Source: Glycera tridactyla
Taxonomy: Eukaryota
Reading direction: 5' to 3'
Assembly (NCBI GenBank): GCA_965644265.1
Contig: OZ286467.1
Coordinates: 56,358,001 to 56,422,000, forward strand
DNA: 64,000 nt
In this document: one piece after another, positions 14,691-28,200 of the stretch
Position numbering within the stretch: position 1 is the first letter of the stretch
Layout of the letters: the number at the start of each line of letters is the position of its first letter
Program-made: the position numbers and the translations under genes
Notes under the pieces: generated by a model
What the model saw: the letters and a program-made list of their open reading frames with translations, nothing else
Told to the model about the DNA's origin: nothing
Databases searched by the model: none

Positions 14691-16582
14691 CTGTAACAAA
14701 AAGCGAAGTTTCCAAAATGTAATGATGAAAAATACATTCCACGCAATCAAAGTTGATTAGGAGACATTATCAGATGGAAACTGCCTACGACATAGATGAT
14801 TTCTGCATGACTGTTTTCACTGTCATTTCAGACTAGTATCGTTTCAGGATCCTGAAACGTTCTGATGTTCCCAATGCTACTGATGGCTATTCTTGGGGCA
14901 AGATACCTTAGGAAAATGCAACCCTACACCTGCGGTTTAAGTATGGACCCCAATTTTTGTTTAGATGTGTGTTTGCTGAGAACGATTATTCTCATGGGTA
15001 GCCCGTGGTCCCTTGTCATGGTCCCTTTGCTAACCTGAGACCATCGTATATGATTTCAGGCGCATGAAACCAACTGTCATATATTGTGTGGTGGTCCTGA
15101 CTTTTGTTACATTAGTCGTGTGATGCAATTGTATGATGATCCAGGTGGTGGCGCTTTTAGAGAATACAAAATTTTGGAACAGCATGCTTGAGTTGTGTCA
15201 TGATTCAGCCCAAATTTCTACTTATTCCAAGTCCAGAACATGAAACCAACATCCCGCCAGATGGGAAGTAGCTGATGTTGGTTGTGTCATGAGCAACCTC
15301 ACAACACTGAGAATAGAAGGCAGAACCTGTCAGATGTTATGCATTATAGTATAGCAGTGTGGAAACAAAATAGTCATTCTCACAACCCCTTTGGTCCGCT
15401 GGTGCACATCTAAATGCATCAGCAGGCATTCTTTTCAACCTCACAAATATATCCCACAAGATTTTCTAACCCTGCTTGGATGAAAAATGATATTTTGGAT
15501 ATCAAGTTAATAATATTCCAGCAATCAGGGGGTGAGTGGTCCATTTTGAACCAAATGACAGTATTACTGGCGACAATTCAGAAGTCTCACAGATGACATT
15601 GGGGGCGAGATATCGGTGACAGGCTCAGAACAACTAATACGTTTCCAGAGACGGCCACCATCTTGATAGCCAGGACAAACTGTGTACACATCTTATATCT
15701 TATATCAAATATGGAATCCGGCTATGCTTGTCAAATTACCAGTTTATTCATTTCGAATCTTTAATTTCAGTGATTGTATTAATTGACCTAGCTTCTGAAA
15801 AATTTTGTTCGTAAATGCAGAGACGTGTTAATGTGTGCTATAATGATGGTGGGGATTAATTGATTATATTATTCATTTTATGTTCTATCTCATCCTCTGT
15901 GAGTCCTGGAATTGTATTGCAACTATAGCGCTGACTATCTGATTGACACTGCCCTATGTTCACTTTCATCTAGAAGTTTTCTATGAGCTAGGAGCTAGTG
16001 ATATATTGAGAGCTGCATCCTTTCGAAGTGTAGACATTATATAATGTGTAGAGCATAACGTAGCCATGACACTTATTGTATCTTTGTGTTGACTTATGCC
16101 GACCGCTGTATTGAAAGTCGGTACTCTTAAGGGAACAAAATGGTCGCTGTGACCTTCCCGTCCAGAGATGATAAATAAATTTATTTTCACTTCAATTCAA
16201 TTCATCAGTCTCCACCGTGAAATACTCTGCATCAAAGATCGATACTGAGAAGAGACTGGCCATATCTCTCATTCAGGATAAGTTTGAAGTCTATGTGCAA
16301 CGTTTCAGTACAGTCGAACACTTATTATCATAGGATGGGATTGTCCCCCCCCCCCCCCCCCCATGACTCACGATGGAGACAATGGCGACGAGCAGGAGAA
16401 CGTAGTGCAGGTGTCTGTTGTAGCAGCGTCAAAAAACGCTGCAAAATCACACAATTTTTCGTTCTCGAGGTCAATGATATGCAAACCTTGGTGCACGCAT
16501 TACGGACCAGAATTCTCATCATGTTTGTATGGATTGTAAACGGCCCTTTGATGTACATCTTGCGTGAAGGAGTCCCCCGTTA

Positions 16583-17269
16583 ATGCTGCCTTTACACTAA
16601 CGCGATTTCACACACGGTCGGCGCCCGATCAGCGCTCCGCCTCAGACCGGCGGTAAAATCGTCTCCCAACTGCGTTATTCTGCTTCATTCCGCATCAATC
16701 TGTGTCAGAAGGGGGAGGCCAATTTTTCCGATTCTAAGTTTTACAAGTTCTTAAAATCTTGGACACGGATAAATTGTCTGTCTCCCACCCATGATAAATC
16801 TGTATTAGACCTGAGGAAGTATGCCTTTTTCTGTGATGAATCTGCGGCAGTTTCGTCATGGTTTTCACGAGGTTTGAAGCAGGCACGTAACGACAAAAAA
16901 TGGGGCAGATAAAGACAGATTGGACACGGATTTGCCATGGTCTGACAGAGAATTAAGCAGAGTGGCGCATACAGAACAAAGTTATGAGACAGGCTGGCGC
17001 ATATTGGGTAAGGATGAGAGAAAGACTGAACATGTTATCATACAGAAAGGGAGTGGTGGTGGTGGCAGGGATTCGTGGTGGGGTGGTTGTAGTGGACAGC
17101 TTTCAGCCAGTGTGAGGAATGGAAGTTTTCCTTCTCCAAACGTGCCTACCTTTTTTGCCCTTACACCAACCCGATCTCACATGAAAGTCTGTCGCCAATC
17201 TGCTGCAGATCAATGTGGAGGTATTCGTCACTAATTCGGTTCTCGATCGCGTTAATGTGAAGGCAGCAT
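16583..17269. mobile_element. Non-autonomous DNA transposon/MITE, 687 bp, with 24-bp TIRs and TA on both sides
   Basis: Left end ATGCTGCCTTTACACTAACGCGAT; right end ATCGCGTTAATGTGAAGGCAGCAT (2 mismatches). TA at 16581-82 and 17270-71. No transposase ORF. The TIR motif is reminiscent of PIF/Harbinger; superfamily uncertain. Confidence 0.8.
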
Positions 17270-17766
17270 TAGAGAGATTGCGAGGGAGTTGCATCAATGC
17301 TTGCCTAATGTTTGCTCTATCAGTGCTTGCTCAATGCGAATCCAATCTGTGCGAAAATCTTTGTCAGATTTCACGGGTATTTCTGCATTCAACAAGATGG
17401 GTTCATTCAGTACCAATTTTGATTAATTCTGATAGCGGTTAGACTTCTGTATCCATCCAATTAGTTGGATACGGATAGAGTATTATCGCTGAGGTAAACA
17501 TGGAGATTGAGCTAGCGCCTTCTGCGGGAAACGATGGCTTCCGTTCGCACTCAATCACCCACCCTTTTTATCCTGCTCGCAAGCATGTTGTGGATATAGG
17601 AACATAGGACCTGTGCGTGTCTTGCCTGTGCCTCACGAATAATGTTGATATACACTCATGCACTCAATCTCAGGTGACAGATTGGAGTTTTACCGCCTAC
17701 CTGCCATTCACGGATGACAATTTTATACCATTTAAAGATAACGGGTTAGTGCTTTGCTTACACACA

Positions 17767-17798
17767 TCTCTTTCTCTCTTTCTCTCTCTCTCTCTCTC
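17767..17798. repeat. (CT)n microsatellite
   Basis: Direct reading. Confidence 0.85.
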
Positions 17799-20700
17799 GA
17801 GAGAGATAGCGAAGGATAGAAAAGAATGTTCGGCCTAAATTCAAGCACACTAGGCCATCCCCGTGCTATGCACGGGTGAATCATGGTGGTTTCCCACGAG
17901 GTATGAACCATGTGTACATTATCAAACCTTTCATCGAGAAACCATCTTTGTACAAAGGTTACCTGCTTACAGATGCCACATTGAGCTGCAACCCTTATAA
18001 TATTCTCTAAAGTGGATGACATCTGGTCTCAGCTTTGCTATTCATGAGTTTATGACCGACCACTTCAACTCGATATCATATCACATTCAGAAGTCATGTC
18101 TAACTCGAACCACGAAATTGTCGACATTGAGCAATAATCAACATGAGAACGCCATTTTTCTTCGAAACAGGTCCTCAGTAAGTCACGGTTTTGTGGCTGT
18201 TGAAATCCACAAGAGAACCCCTAAACTTTCGTTATATTGGCCTTTTTATATCGTTCAATGACCATGTATGTAAAATAGCATAAACACTATCTGTGAATTC
18301 GAGAGTGCTGCTTTTTGAGATCACCAGGTAGAGTGAAGTGAAGGGGGATATTCCAGCCCCAATCAAATATTCCTCAAACTGAGGAGAGAACTTTCATTCG
18401 GGCCGAAAATAAGCTCTCGTGGTTGGATGATGAATATTCCCTGATGCCTGTACCGAAAATGACAAAATGGAAGGCTATGGAGACGCATACAATCACATTG
18501 ACGGATGGGAGACATACGTGATCTTGTATCCAGGCCTTTCTAGCTCTTTTCCCTCTGTTGCTGATTTCAACGGCTCAAGGAGTATAAGCTGATTCAAGCG
18601 AAGAACACCTCTCCTCACGTGTTTCAGCGAACAGATTTAGATAACTTATACAAGTGATAGGGAGTATCCGATCATACAGATCAAAAAGCTTCTATATGAA
18701 GGATCTCGTGACAGGATGGATCAATTCTATAAAAGGATCAGAGTACATATTGTCTCGGCCCCACCCCTCTCTATGAAGATTCGCACGTATACATTATACT
18801 CTGCCCGACGATAATATGATACTACGAGATACTAGGCTGGTCTGACGCTCAACATATCCATTCAAGATCACGGCCCCATTTAGTGGGTAACGTTGCAGCA
18901 CACCTCCTTTGTAACCACAGCCAAGCGAGTTGCATCGATGATGTATTTGAGCATCCCCATTCACTGTTTAAATGGACCAGCGTGTGAAGTGAGTCCAGAG
19001 ACTTCAAANNNNNNNNNNNNNNNNNNNNNNNNNNNNNNNNNNNNNNNNNNNNNNNNNNNNNNNNNNNNNNNNNNNNNNNNNNNNNNNNNNNNNNNNNNNN
19101 NNNNNNNNNNNNNNNNNNNNNNNNNNNNNNNNNNNNNNNNNNNNNNNNNNNNNNNNNNNNNNNNNNNCAGAGACATATTTCCAGATTGTACTGGAACAGG
19201 TCTATGAAATGTGTTCCAAATGGCCACATTATTTNNNNNNNNNNNNNNNNNNNNNNNNNNNNNNNNNNNNNNNNNNNNNNNNNNNNNNNNNNNNNNNNNN
19301 NNNNNNNNNNNNNNNNNNNNNNNNNNNNNNNNNNNNNNNNNNNNNNNNNNNNNNNNNNNNNNNNNNNNNNNNNNNNNNNNNNNNNNNNNNNNNNNCGGTG
19401 CTTTTTGGTACCTATCATTCGTACCCCTCTTGTGGATAGCCTGTTTGGTTTTCCAATGTTGATTCTTTGCCATGAGTAACATTGCGAAACTCCGGGCTTG
19501 AAAACTCCTTCCCAGGAGATATCGTGAAAGTACCTCACGATAACATCTTGGTAGCCAGCAGCTTCTATCAGTCGTATTTGATGTCACTGTTGGTCCTGCT
19601 TCTGAGCACATCTAACCTCGGTGCTGCCATCACTCACTCCTAACATGTCATGGATTGCCGCGAACATGGCGATACACAGTCATCTATGAGGCCGAAGCTC
19701 ACCAAGAGTGGGATTAATCGACCATATCTAAAGGATATATCTCACATCCCGGTGACAGATGTTCCAACGCTGACACAGCAGTGTGCAATCTTGTGTCTGC
19801 GAAGGAGAATGAAGGACGCCTTGTTTCGAAATTGTTTTGGATTTGGCATATTCCTTGCATGTGACTCAGTCAAAGAACATCCTTCAGAAGATATGAATCA
19901 AATTTCGAGATGTCTCCTGTATCGTTGCCAAAAATTGGAGCAAATTTCTTCTGATTGTTTGACTTGCACTCGCTACCTACCGACCTACGTTCGATCATTC
20001 ACTCTTTACTCACATGGTGCTGTGAGGCGTTCTTCAGGACAGGTTTCACTGAAGGCCTCGTTTTGAACAACTACGTCATTTCTCGAAGATGATAGGCCCA
20101 CCCCAGACCTCATGCAATCATATTTCAATGCGCGAAGTTCACACGTAGCCATGGGAATATTCCGAGGGGCATTTTATCATTCGATTGACTGTAAGCTTTG
20201 ATTACTTTCGAGAATGAAAAGCAATATGCAGTCACATATACTTGTAGATAAAAAGGTATAATCCGAAAGTTCCATATTGATTCGATTCATCTTTCGCTAA
20301 TGAGGTTATTTACTGCATATGGGATCAATCTGTATAGGATTGATTCCCACACAACTTGTAGGCTTGCTAAATATAGCAGGCCTACAACTATCGTATTTTT
20401 TTGTTACGACCACTAGCATTACTATCCAAGACACACCCGTCTTCCAGTCTGTAACACGCCATCCCATCGATCACCCATGTCGCTACCACCCAGCTCAACA
20501 ACTCTCCATTCACATCCAACACACCCACAACCAATATTCAGTGAACTGACTGCCATCATTAACTCCAAAAGGACAATAACCTAACCCTACTTTTTTCCAC
20601 TACAAAATAAAATAATTGTCCATGCAATCTAAAGCCTGCTATATGTCAGTGATACACGGTTGAATATAAACGCAACAATGGATCTTTGAGCCCATGTTGT

Positions 20701-23700
20701 TCTTCTTATCCCAGCATATGGATTTTGGCTGGAAAATACTTCACTCACAAAAGTGCAACGACTATGGATAGAAAAGAAGGAGAAATAGCAACCTAATACT
20801 GGTTAACTATACGAATGAGCCATGGATGAATGGGAGGTAAGAAATTGAAGAAAACAATCAAAAGATATAGAGAAATTGGTGGAAGGGCACATGTACAACT
20901 CTACCACCTATTACAAGGTCATTCAAGCAGAGTAGAGAATGGACTAGCGATCAATACGATCTTTTCGTATTTGATGACATTTAGCGGAAAATCTACTATA
21001 AGTTTTTCAAACATTCCCAACCATGAAATTATTTGATGGTTTTGAGGCCGGTATTATCAGTGAGTCTAATAAATTCCATGATTACATTCTATGTTTTGCC
21101 CATCCAAGTTCGAGCCATCTCAACCTTCTTGTGCGAATACAATCATGAACACAAAATCATCCATGCATGCTTTGCATTCAACTATCACCATCATTGACTA
21201 CCGCCATATACCTAGTCACCCCTTGGCTGGAGTAGAGTGGTGGGGTCAACTGTTTTACTCAGTGACCTCGACACAGATGCGAACCAATTTGTGGCCGCGC
21301 TGCAGGTACCGTAAATCGAATGATGAATACATCAGGATACATTAGGTCTCGGAATGAGCCAAGGTCAAGATCCTGCAAATTGATGAAGGTTACTCCAGCT
21401 CAACGCACCTGGTTGATGGATTCATGGAAAGATCATCATGGAAAGGTCCTTCCACATTGCATCGCTGTGAACAGCATCATCATAACTGTCTCTGTGAAAG
21501 GATACCCTGTTATTCAAAGAACAATGATTCATATCGAGTATTCATGGAACTCATTTTTTTATTCCCTTCCCTAATAACCAAAAGAACAATCGATTCAATG
21601 AAAACCAGATAAGATAATCAGTTTACCATTAGCCAAAATGATATTTGTGTTGGATTCTCTCTCATTCCGGTAGATAGCTGGTGGGAATAACCAGGGCCAT
21701 CAGGAAGGGGTTTGAGCTGCGTTTTGACCGCTATGTGCGATCAATCGAGACTACTCCTGATGGATTCTAAATGGAAGGTAGACGTTCACGAACTCACAGA
21801 CACCCGAAGTGACAATGGTGATGGCTTTACACGATGTTCCCATTGTGTCCTCAGGGTGATAAACTACCGGGGTCGATTCAGGTTTCGGATCACTATCATC
21901 TCACTGGTTTTCGATTCCAGTGTTCATATGCTAGATTCATTTCTGTATAAGATAATGACTGCATAAGATTGCTTATATTTTAGGTATTGTACACAAGCGA
22001 CCATATTCAAAGAATCAGACCGATGTGGCAACATTAATTCCCTGTCTGTCCTAAAATGAGATCATGTGTGATATGACACAGGAAGTTTCGATGAACAATA
22101 GTTCAGGACAATTTTTCTCTCACCCTGTTACGGTGGGCTGAAGAATTGAATAGCTAATGCCGAATTCACTGATAATGGAAAAAGTATGTAGATGAACGGG
22201 AGACGTAGCTGCATATTGGATGATCTCATAACTGGTTCCAAGCCACTTTTGGTCGCTGAGCAACACTGAAAATATGAAAGTGATGAGGAGATCGTTTATA
22301 AGAAAGTATTCGAGCTCAGACCTTTCTGTGGTGAATTCATTGTTCGGGCCCCGCTGCTGGGTGAGTTACCGCACCCCCTTACTCCAAAATAAGTGTTCTG
22401 ATGGAAGGAACAACTTTTCTACTCACTGAATTTCTGATGAAGTATATTGTTTGTAATTTTTCCGATCTTATGTCGATGATTATGGACTCGAGAGTGAAAT
22501 GGAATTCTCACCCAACCCGTGGTAATCATCTCATCTTCTCGGTGATTGCCTAGCGACGCCGGTAATAAGGGAATTGCGTGGGATGGGTGTCACGAGTAAT
22601 AATCTTGCACCTACGCCCGCATTACACTCACAAACCTACCTTTCTTTGAAGACCTTACTGTGGATTACAATGTCACTTCCCAGAGAAGGTCCCAATCGGA
22701 ACATGACCATAACAGGTGGGAGAAGCAGAGGAAGCGAGATGAAATTCGTTATCATACAGATTAATTCTCCATTACCATAAAAAGTGTTTCCGTAGTGTTT
22801 GGTATATGCTGTCTGGGCCCATCAGCCTTCTATACACAGAACTATTTCTCCGGTGTCAATCTCTGTTATCCTCATGTGTTTGAAAGATCAGGATGTTTGT
22901 GTTCAATCGATATTGAATAGTATTGTATGCTCAACTTCAGATAATAATCACTCGTGTACATCAGATTATTGAACTATGTGAGTGAACCTATCTCGAATTT
23001 GGGCTTTTCGATGAAGGCAATACTGATCTAAACCTTGAGCCATTACGTGTTCAAGACGCTCAGCATCATACAATACCCCTCCTGGTGAAATATCTACTGC
23101 TATTGCCGCCTGAAATCCGATTGACCAACAGTTCTGAATACTTCCATCATTCTGTTTAATCCATCTAGATGCATCACGCTACTTCGTTACCAACTTGTCT
23201 TTAGGTAAGAGAAGGGAGAGTTCCCCGGCAATGGTGCTCCTATCTTCAGCTGATGGTTTCTTTAATAATGAAAAATTGTAAATTTTCTTTCATTTTTTTT
23301 CAATCCAATATTTCTCTCGTCACATTACTTCCCGGATACAATAATTCGTGTAGAAGAGTAAAATAGGATACTTCAGTCTGAAATGACCAATGTGGTGTCG
23401 AAAGGACGTTAAACACTATATATTCAATCAATCAATCATTCAATGTATGCATTCATTCTAATATCAGGTACATTCAGTTGAAACTAGCATTACTTGTATC
23501 TTCTCAGCATCTCGTATGACAGAATCGGTATGATCCGAGGACTACATAGCTCCGGTGACAATCAGCAAAAAAAATGGCAAAAAAGGAACTTGGACAAAGC
23601 CGTGAAAGCCTACCTGTCTCCATCATCTGAAGACTTAGAATAAGAAGCAGAACATCCCTACCAACAACCACTTCCGAAATGAAAAAAAATATTGCAAGGC

Positions 23701-25329
23701 CATAGATACCATGGATCACACAAATCCATTACAATGCCACACTTGAGAAGTGACAACATTACGAGTGGTACTCTCATGACCAACATGGCTGAACAAAAGA
23801 GCCTCAAGTTGAGAGATACGCTGCTGATCCCTTAATAACACAGCAACCAAAGTATAATGAATTTCCTGCTCCCCTCGGAAAAGGTGGCGGCTTCAACCGC
23901 ACCTCCACTGCACTTCGCCGCAAGACGATCTGACAAAGCCACCTACTGACTTCAGGTTCGATTCGACACCAGTCCCCCCCCCCCTCCTTCTTTACTAATC
24001 AGTCGGTCTTTTCTGATCAACCACGCATCCGAGCAGCACGGTGAATGGGAATGGACTTCGGATGTTTGGTAACAAATGAACCAGTGATGACATCTCGCAT
24101 TAGTTTTTGGACCAGCCTAGAGCAATATAGAGGTGGAATTGTCAAACAGCGAAGTGTGAAGTGAAAACGAAGATGTTGCAGCCAACACGATGGCAGAATG
24201 GCGACGGAAATGACGACAGCAATCAACTCCTCCAGAGGGATCCATCAACAGTTGCGTGACAAGGTTTGACTACTACTCAACATTCCTCTGAACCCGAAGA
24301 CAGAAAAATGTCATGTGGGGTGGTCAATTCAATTTTTATACTATGTTCGCCTGATGTATGCTAGGGAATGGATGTTGAACTGGAACTCCACGTTGTTGGC
24401 CTTTCTTTCGGCACCCCTGCTGCTGATCACATAGACAGAAGCAATCAATCATCTTGCAATTGTCAACCAGCCAAACGACATCCTGATGGACATCATACAT
24501 CGTTGGATGACATCCCTCGATTGGTCATATCAGCATCTGACAGATAGACCAAAGCATAGCCAACCAAGTCTGGGACATATCTGAGAAAAGCAGCAATGAA
24601 ATCCCGAGACCTCCCAAAATTCAGCACACCACCAAACAAGTGAAACTACATGATGAAATGGTGATATCGTGAAAACAATTCAGGAAGAATTTGGCGTCAT
24701 CATCAGCACCGAATGGGATGAGGATGAAGGAGCAATACTGACAGTAGTTGTGGACCCCTACAAGTCCAGAAAGCCAGGTAGTCATTGAGGAAATACATAA
24801 AAAAAGAGGAGGTAGCATCATCATCAACACAACAGAGATGGGAAGAAAAACGAAACCAAAGTATGTGTCAACTATAGAAACTACGGCAGTTGCACATTCA
24901 GGGAGAAATGCTGGTTCATCCACAAAGACTACCCAACTGACCGGTCATTCCGATGTGAGAGACAATCCCCTGTGGGAAGCAGAAGTAGGGATGAGAGCCA
25001 TGAATGCCACCCAAAACCAACAAGAAACCACCCAACCAGAGCACAAGACCGACTAAAATGACACAGACAAGAACAGCGGGAAAACACATACAAAACAAAA
25101 GACTACCAGGAGGACACCTGCGAAGACTGCTTCAGATTCACACAGCTCTCCCATTACAGCTGTTACTAGGGACCACCTGATGCATAGGAACACAAGAACA
25201 ACATGATGCAAGGCATCATATTCGCCCGCAAAAATATATATTCCTGCTGGAATAAAGAAAAGAGTTCTTCAGGCAGTCAGTCCTTCTGTCAGTCAGTCAA
25301 TCAGTCCTGCAGTTCGTACACCAGTCAGT

Positions 25330-26170
25330 AATTCCTTCCATTCATCCACAAATCTTTCTTTCACTCCTTTCCCCTTCTCTTTTCCGGCCTTCCTTCAATC
25401 CATCCACCAATCCATTCTTCAATCCACCCATCCATTCTTCCATCCATCCATCCATCCATCCACCCTTCCATCCATCTATCCATCCATCCATACAACCACC
25501 AACCCTTTCTTTCTTCCACCCATCCATCCATTCTCCCATCCATCCACCCATTTATCCACCCATCCTTTCTTCCCAACCACCAACCCTTTCTTCCTTTCAC
25601 CCATCCATCCATTCTCCCATCCATCCACCCATTTATCCACCAATCCTTTCTTCCATCCCTCCATCCTTCCATCCAAGCTTCCTTCCTTCCCCACTTCCAT
25701 CCATCCATCCATCCATCCATCCCTCCTTCAATCCCTCCATCCATCCATCCTTCCATCCAAGCTTCCTCCCTTCCTCACTTCCATCCCTCCACCCCTCCAT
25801 CCATCCATCTGTCCACCCATCCTTTCTTCCATCCATCCATCCGTCNNNNNNNNNNNNNNNNNNNNNNNNNNNNNNNNNNNNNNNNNNNNNNNNNNNNNNN
25901 NNNNNNNNNNNNNNNNNNNNNNNNNNNNNNNNNNNNNNNNNNNNNNNNNNNNNNNNNNNNNNNNNNNNNNNNNNNNNNNNNNNNCCATCTATCCATTCAT
26001 CCATGCATCTACCCATCCTTCTTTCCTTTCTTCTCTCCCTTCTTCCTTCCTGTCTTCCTTCCACCCATCCACCCATCCATTCTCCCATCCATCTACCCAT
26101 CCATTCCCCCATCCATCAATCCATTATCCCATCCATCCACCCATCCATTCATTTATTCTCCCATCCACCC
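25330..26170. repeat. Degenerate (TCCA)n/(TTCC)n microsatellite spanning an N gap
   Basis: Direct reading; explains the M/D/G/W-rich spurious ORFs. Confidence 0.95.
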
Positions 26171-26419
26171 ATACACTAGTTTACTCCATTCAGGAGAGTC
26201 AGCAAGACTGCTCCACCATGATATCTATCTCAGAGGATAGTCCTACTGCCTTCCGGCCTCAATCATCGAGGCTGCAGCTGCCTGTGCTAAAAGAGCCAGA
26301 GGGACAGCACTGGTGCAGCCTACCGCTGCTTCCAGCTCCATGCATAATGGCTGCGCCCGTGAGCCAGAATCAACCCCGTATTATAGATCGCCCGCCTTCA
26401 GGGTGGGCGACAATGAAAC

Positions 26420-28200
26420 CATCCACCTTGCAGTTCTGAACGTATCCAGCATAAGGGGCAAGAAAAAAAACCTGGAATCTCTCCTGGAGAGCAGCAAAAT
26501 CAATGTAGCAGTCATCACAGAAACCAACCTCCAGAAAGGAGACAATATGCAGATAACAAACTACGCCTGGGCAGGAAAAAACAGAGCTGGGAAACAAGGT
26601 GGAAGTGTGGGAATCCTCATAAGAAATGACATCAGCGGTAGTGCAACTACCAGAAGTAACCTACAGGAAGACAAGGCAGAAATCATATGTGTCCAACCAA
26701 CCACCAAACCACGACCAAAATACATTGGAGCATCTCACGACCTCCAAGAAGAAATATGCAAAGAAAAACTGGAGAAAACCTATGCCAAAACGGACACCCA
26801 CATAAGCATGCTCAAAACAAATGCTGAAATAATCCCATTAATAATAATATCGTGGCGAGATGCTGAACATCAAAGGGACCAAAAAAGACCAAATTGAAAC
26901 AAAATACTCATAAACCTACTCAAATGAATACTGAAGGTCCCACAGAACACCCAGAATAGCATCGTTCTTGCAGAAACAGGATATATGTCATCGGAATACA
27001 CAATAGACAAAAAGCAATTAATCTGATAGAATATGGTGAAGCGAAAAGAAATCTCTGGTCAAGATGAATAGTCCTGCTGCAGAAATGGCTGATCTCAGGT
27101 CTATGTTGCTCTATAATTGATAATTGGTCTATATGTCTGTGTATCTGTATATGATTTGATTGCCCTACTCGAACATTCTCTGCCATGAGGCTCACTTCGG
27201 TGTTGCCCCTGGTCCTGGTTCACGTTAGAGTCCGGCCACAGCCTTTTCTATCTATGCTGTTCATAACTTAGTTCCGGTCAATAATAATGTCATTCAAATA
27301 TTTTCCTCCTTGAGGCTCACCTTTGTGTTGCCCTTGTTTGTACCTTTTGCCATCCTTTTGCCTGATGTCTCTGCCATACGCTGAAAGTAATGCAATATCT
27401 AGTGTATTGAATATGACCGAGATTGTAGGTTGATCTTCGCCCTTCTTCGAATTCTGTGTCTCGACGAGTACGCCATGTACTCAATTTTGCTTGATGGTGT
27501 GTCGCAAATATTTTATTTCATTCTATTTTTGCCTATTCTATCATCCTATTGTTATTTGGGCTCTCAAGGGACCATAATCCTCACTGTGATTGTCCTGTCA
27601 AGAGCTAAATAAAGTGTTTTTCAATTCAATTCAATTCGAAAGAACATCACAAAACAAACAGAGAGCAGTTGGCACAAAAATATCCTGGGGAAACTGACAA
27701 AATACGACCTAAAGGAAGTAGAAGACCTCCAAGGAAAGAAATCCTGGCTCGAGCAAGAAATTGCAAAGGAACAGAAAGAAATAATCAAGAAGCAAATCAC
27801 AAATGAGAGCAAGATAAAACGGAAATTAAACACTACCTGGAAAAAAACGACGGCTGTGGAAGCCGGTAAATGGCCGAAATACATGGGACAACTGACGCAG
27901 AAACAATGCACAGCAATCATCATGACAAGAGCCAGTATGATCCCAGAGAAGAACTACAAGGGCACAAACAAAGACCTAACCTGCAGGTGATGCAAATCAC
28001 AGGAAACAACTGAAATGCAGAAACATGTACTGAGCCAATGCCCATCCAACATCATGATCTTCAAGAACAACATCTTGATTTTTGAAACAAAATCATATAC
28101 AACCAGATATTTCACAATGACAACACCACCCGGCTGAAAGAAAGATGAACTTAATAATGGAAATCCTAAAATTTCTCACTGAAGAACCAGCACCAAGCAC
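26420..28200 (+). mobile_element. Decayed non-LTR retrotransposon ORF2 remnant: APE endonuclease N-terminus, post-RT region and C-terminal CCHC, with the RT core missing
   Basis: LAVLNVSSIRGK..VITETNL..GKNRAGKQGGSVGILIR (EN motifs) at about 26425-26635; LAETGY..EYTI at about 26965-27010; TCR*CKSQET..KHVLSQCP zinc knuckle at about 27975-28045. Confidence 0.75.
27608..27637 (+). mobile_element. 3' end of a nested short retroposon insertion (AATAAA plus (TTCAA)n tail)
   Basis: AAATAAAGTGTTTTTCAATTCAATTCAATTCG interrupts the older LINE remnant. The 5' boundary (about 27060) is uncertain. Confidence 0.45.

Noticed and set aside
19400-20200. Possible third transposase fragment (EAAGYQDVIVR)
   Set aside because: A single weak motif, no nucleotide match to the two Academ copies, and interrupted by gaps.
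23880-23975. tRNA-like GGTTCGATTC..CCA
   Set aside because: No A box or cloverleaf could be built.
25342-26112. Several ORFs rich in M/D/G/W, and the ORFs spanning N gaps elsewhere
   Set aside because: Artefacts of microsatellites or unknown bases.
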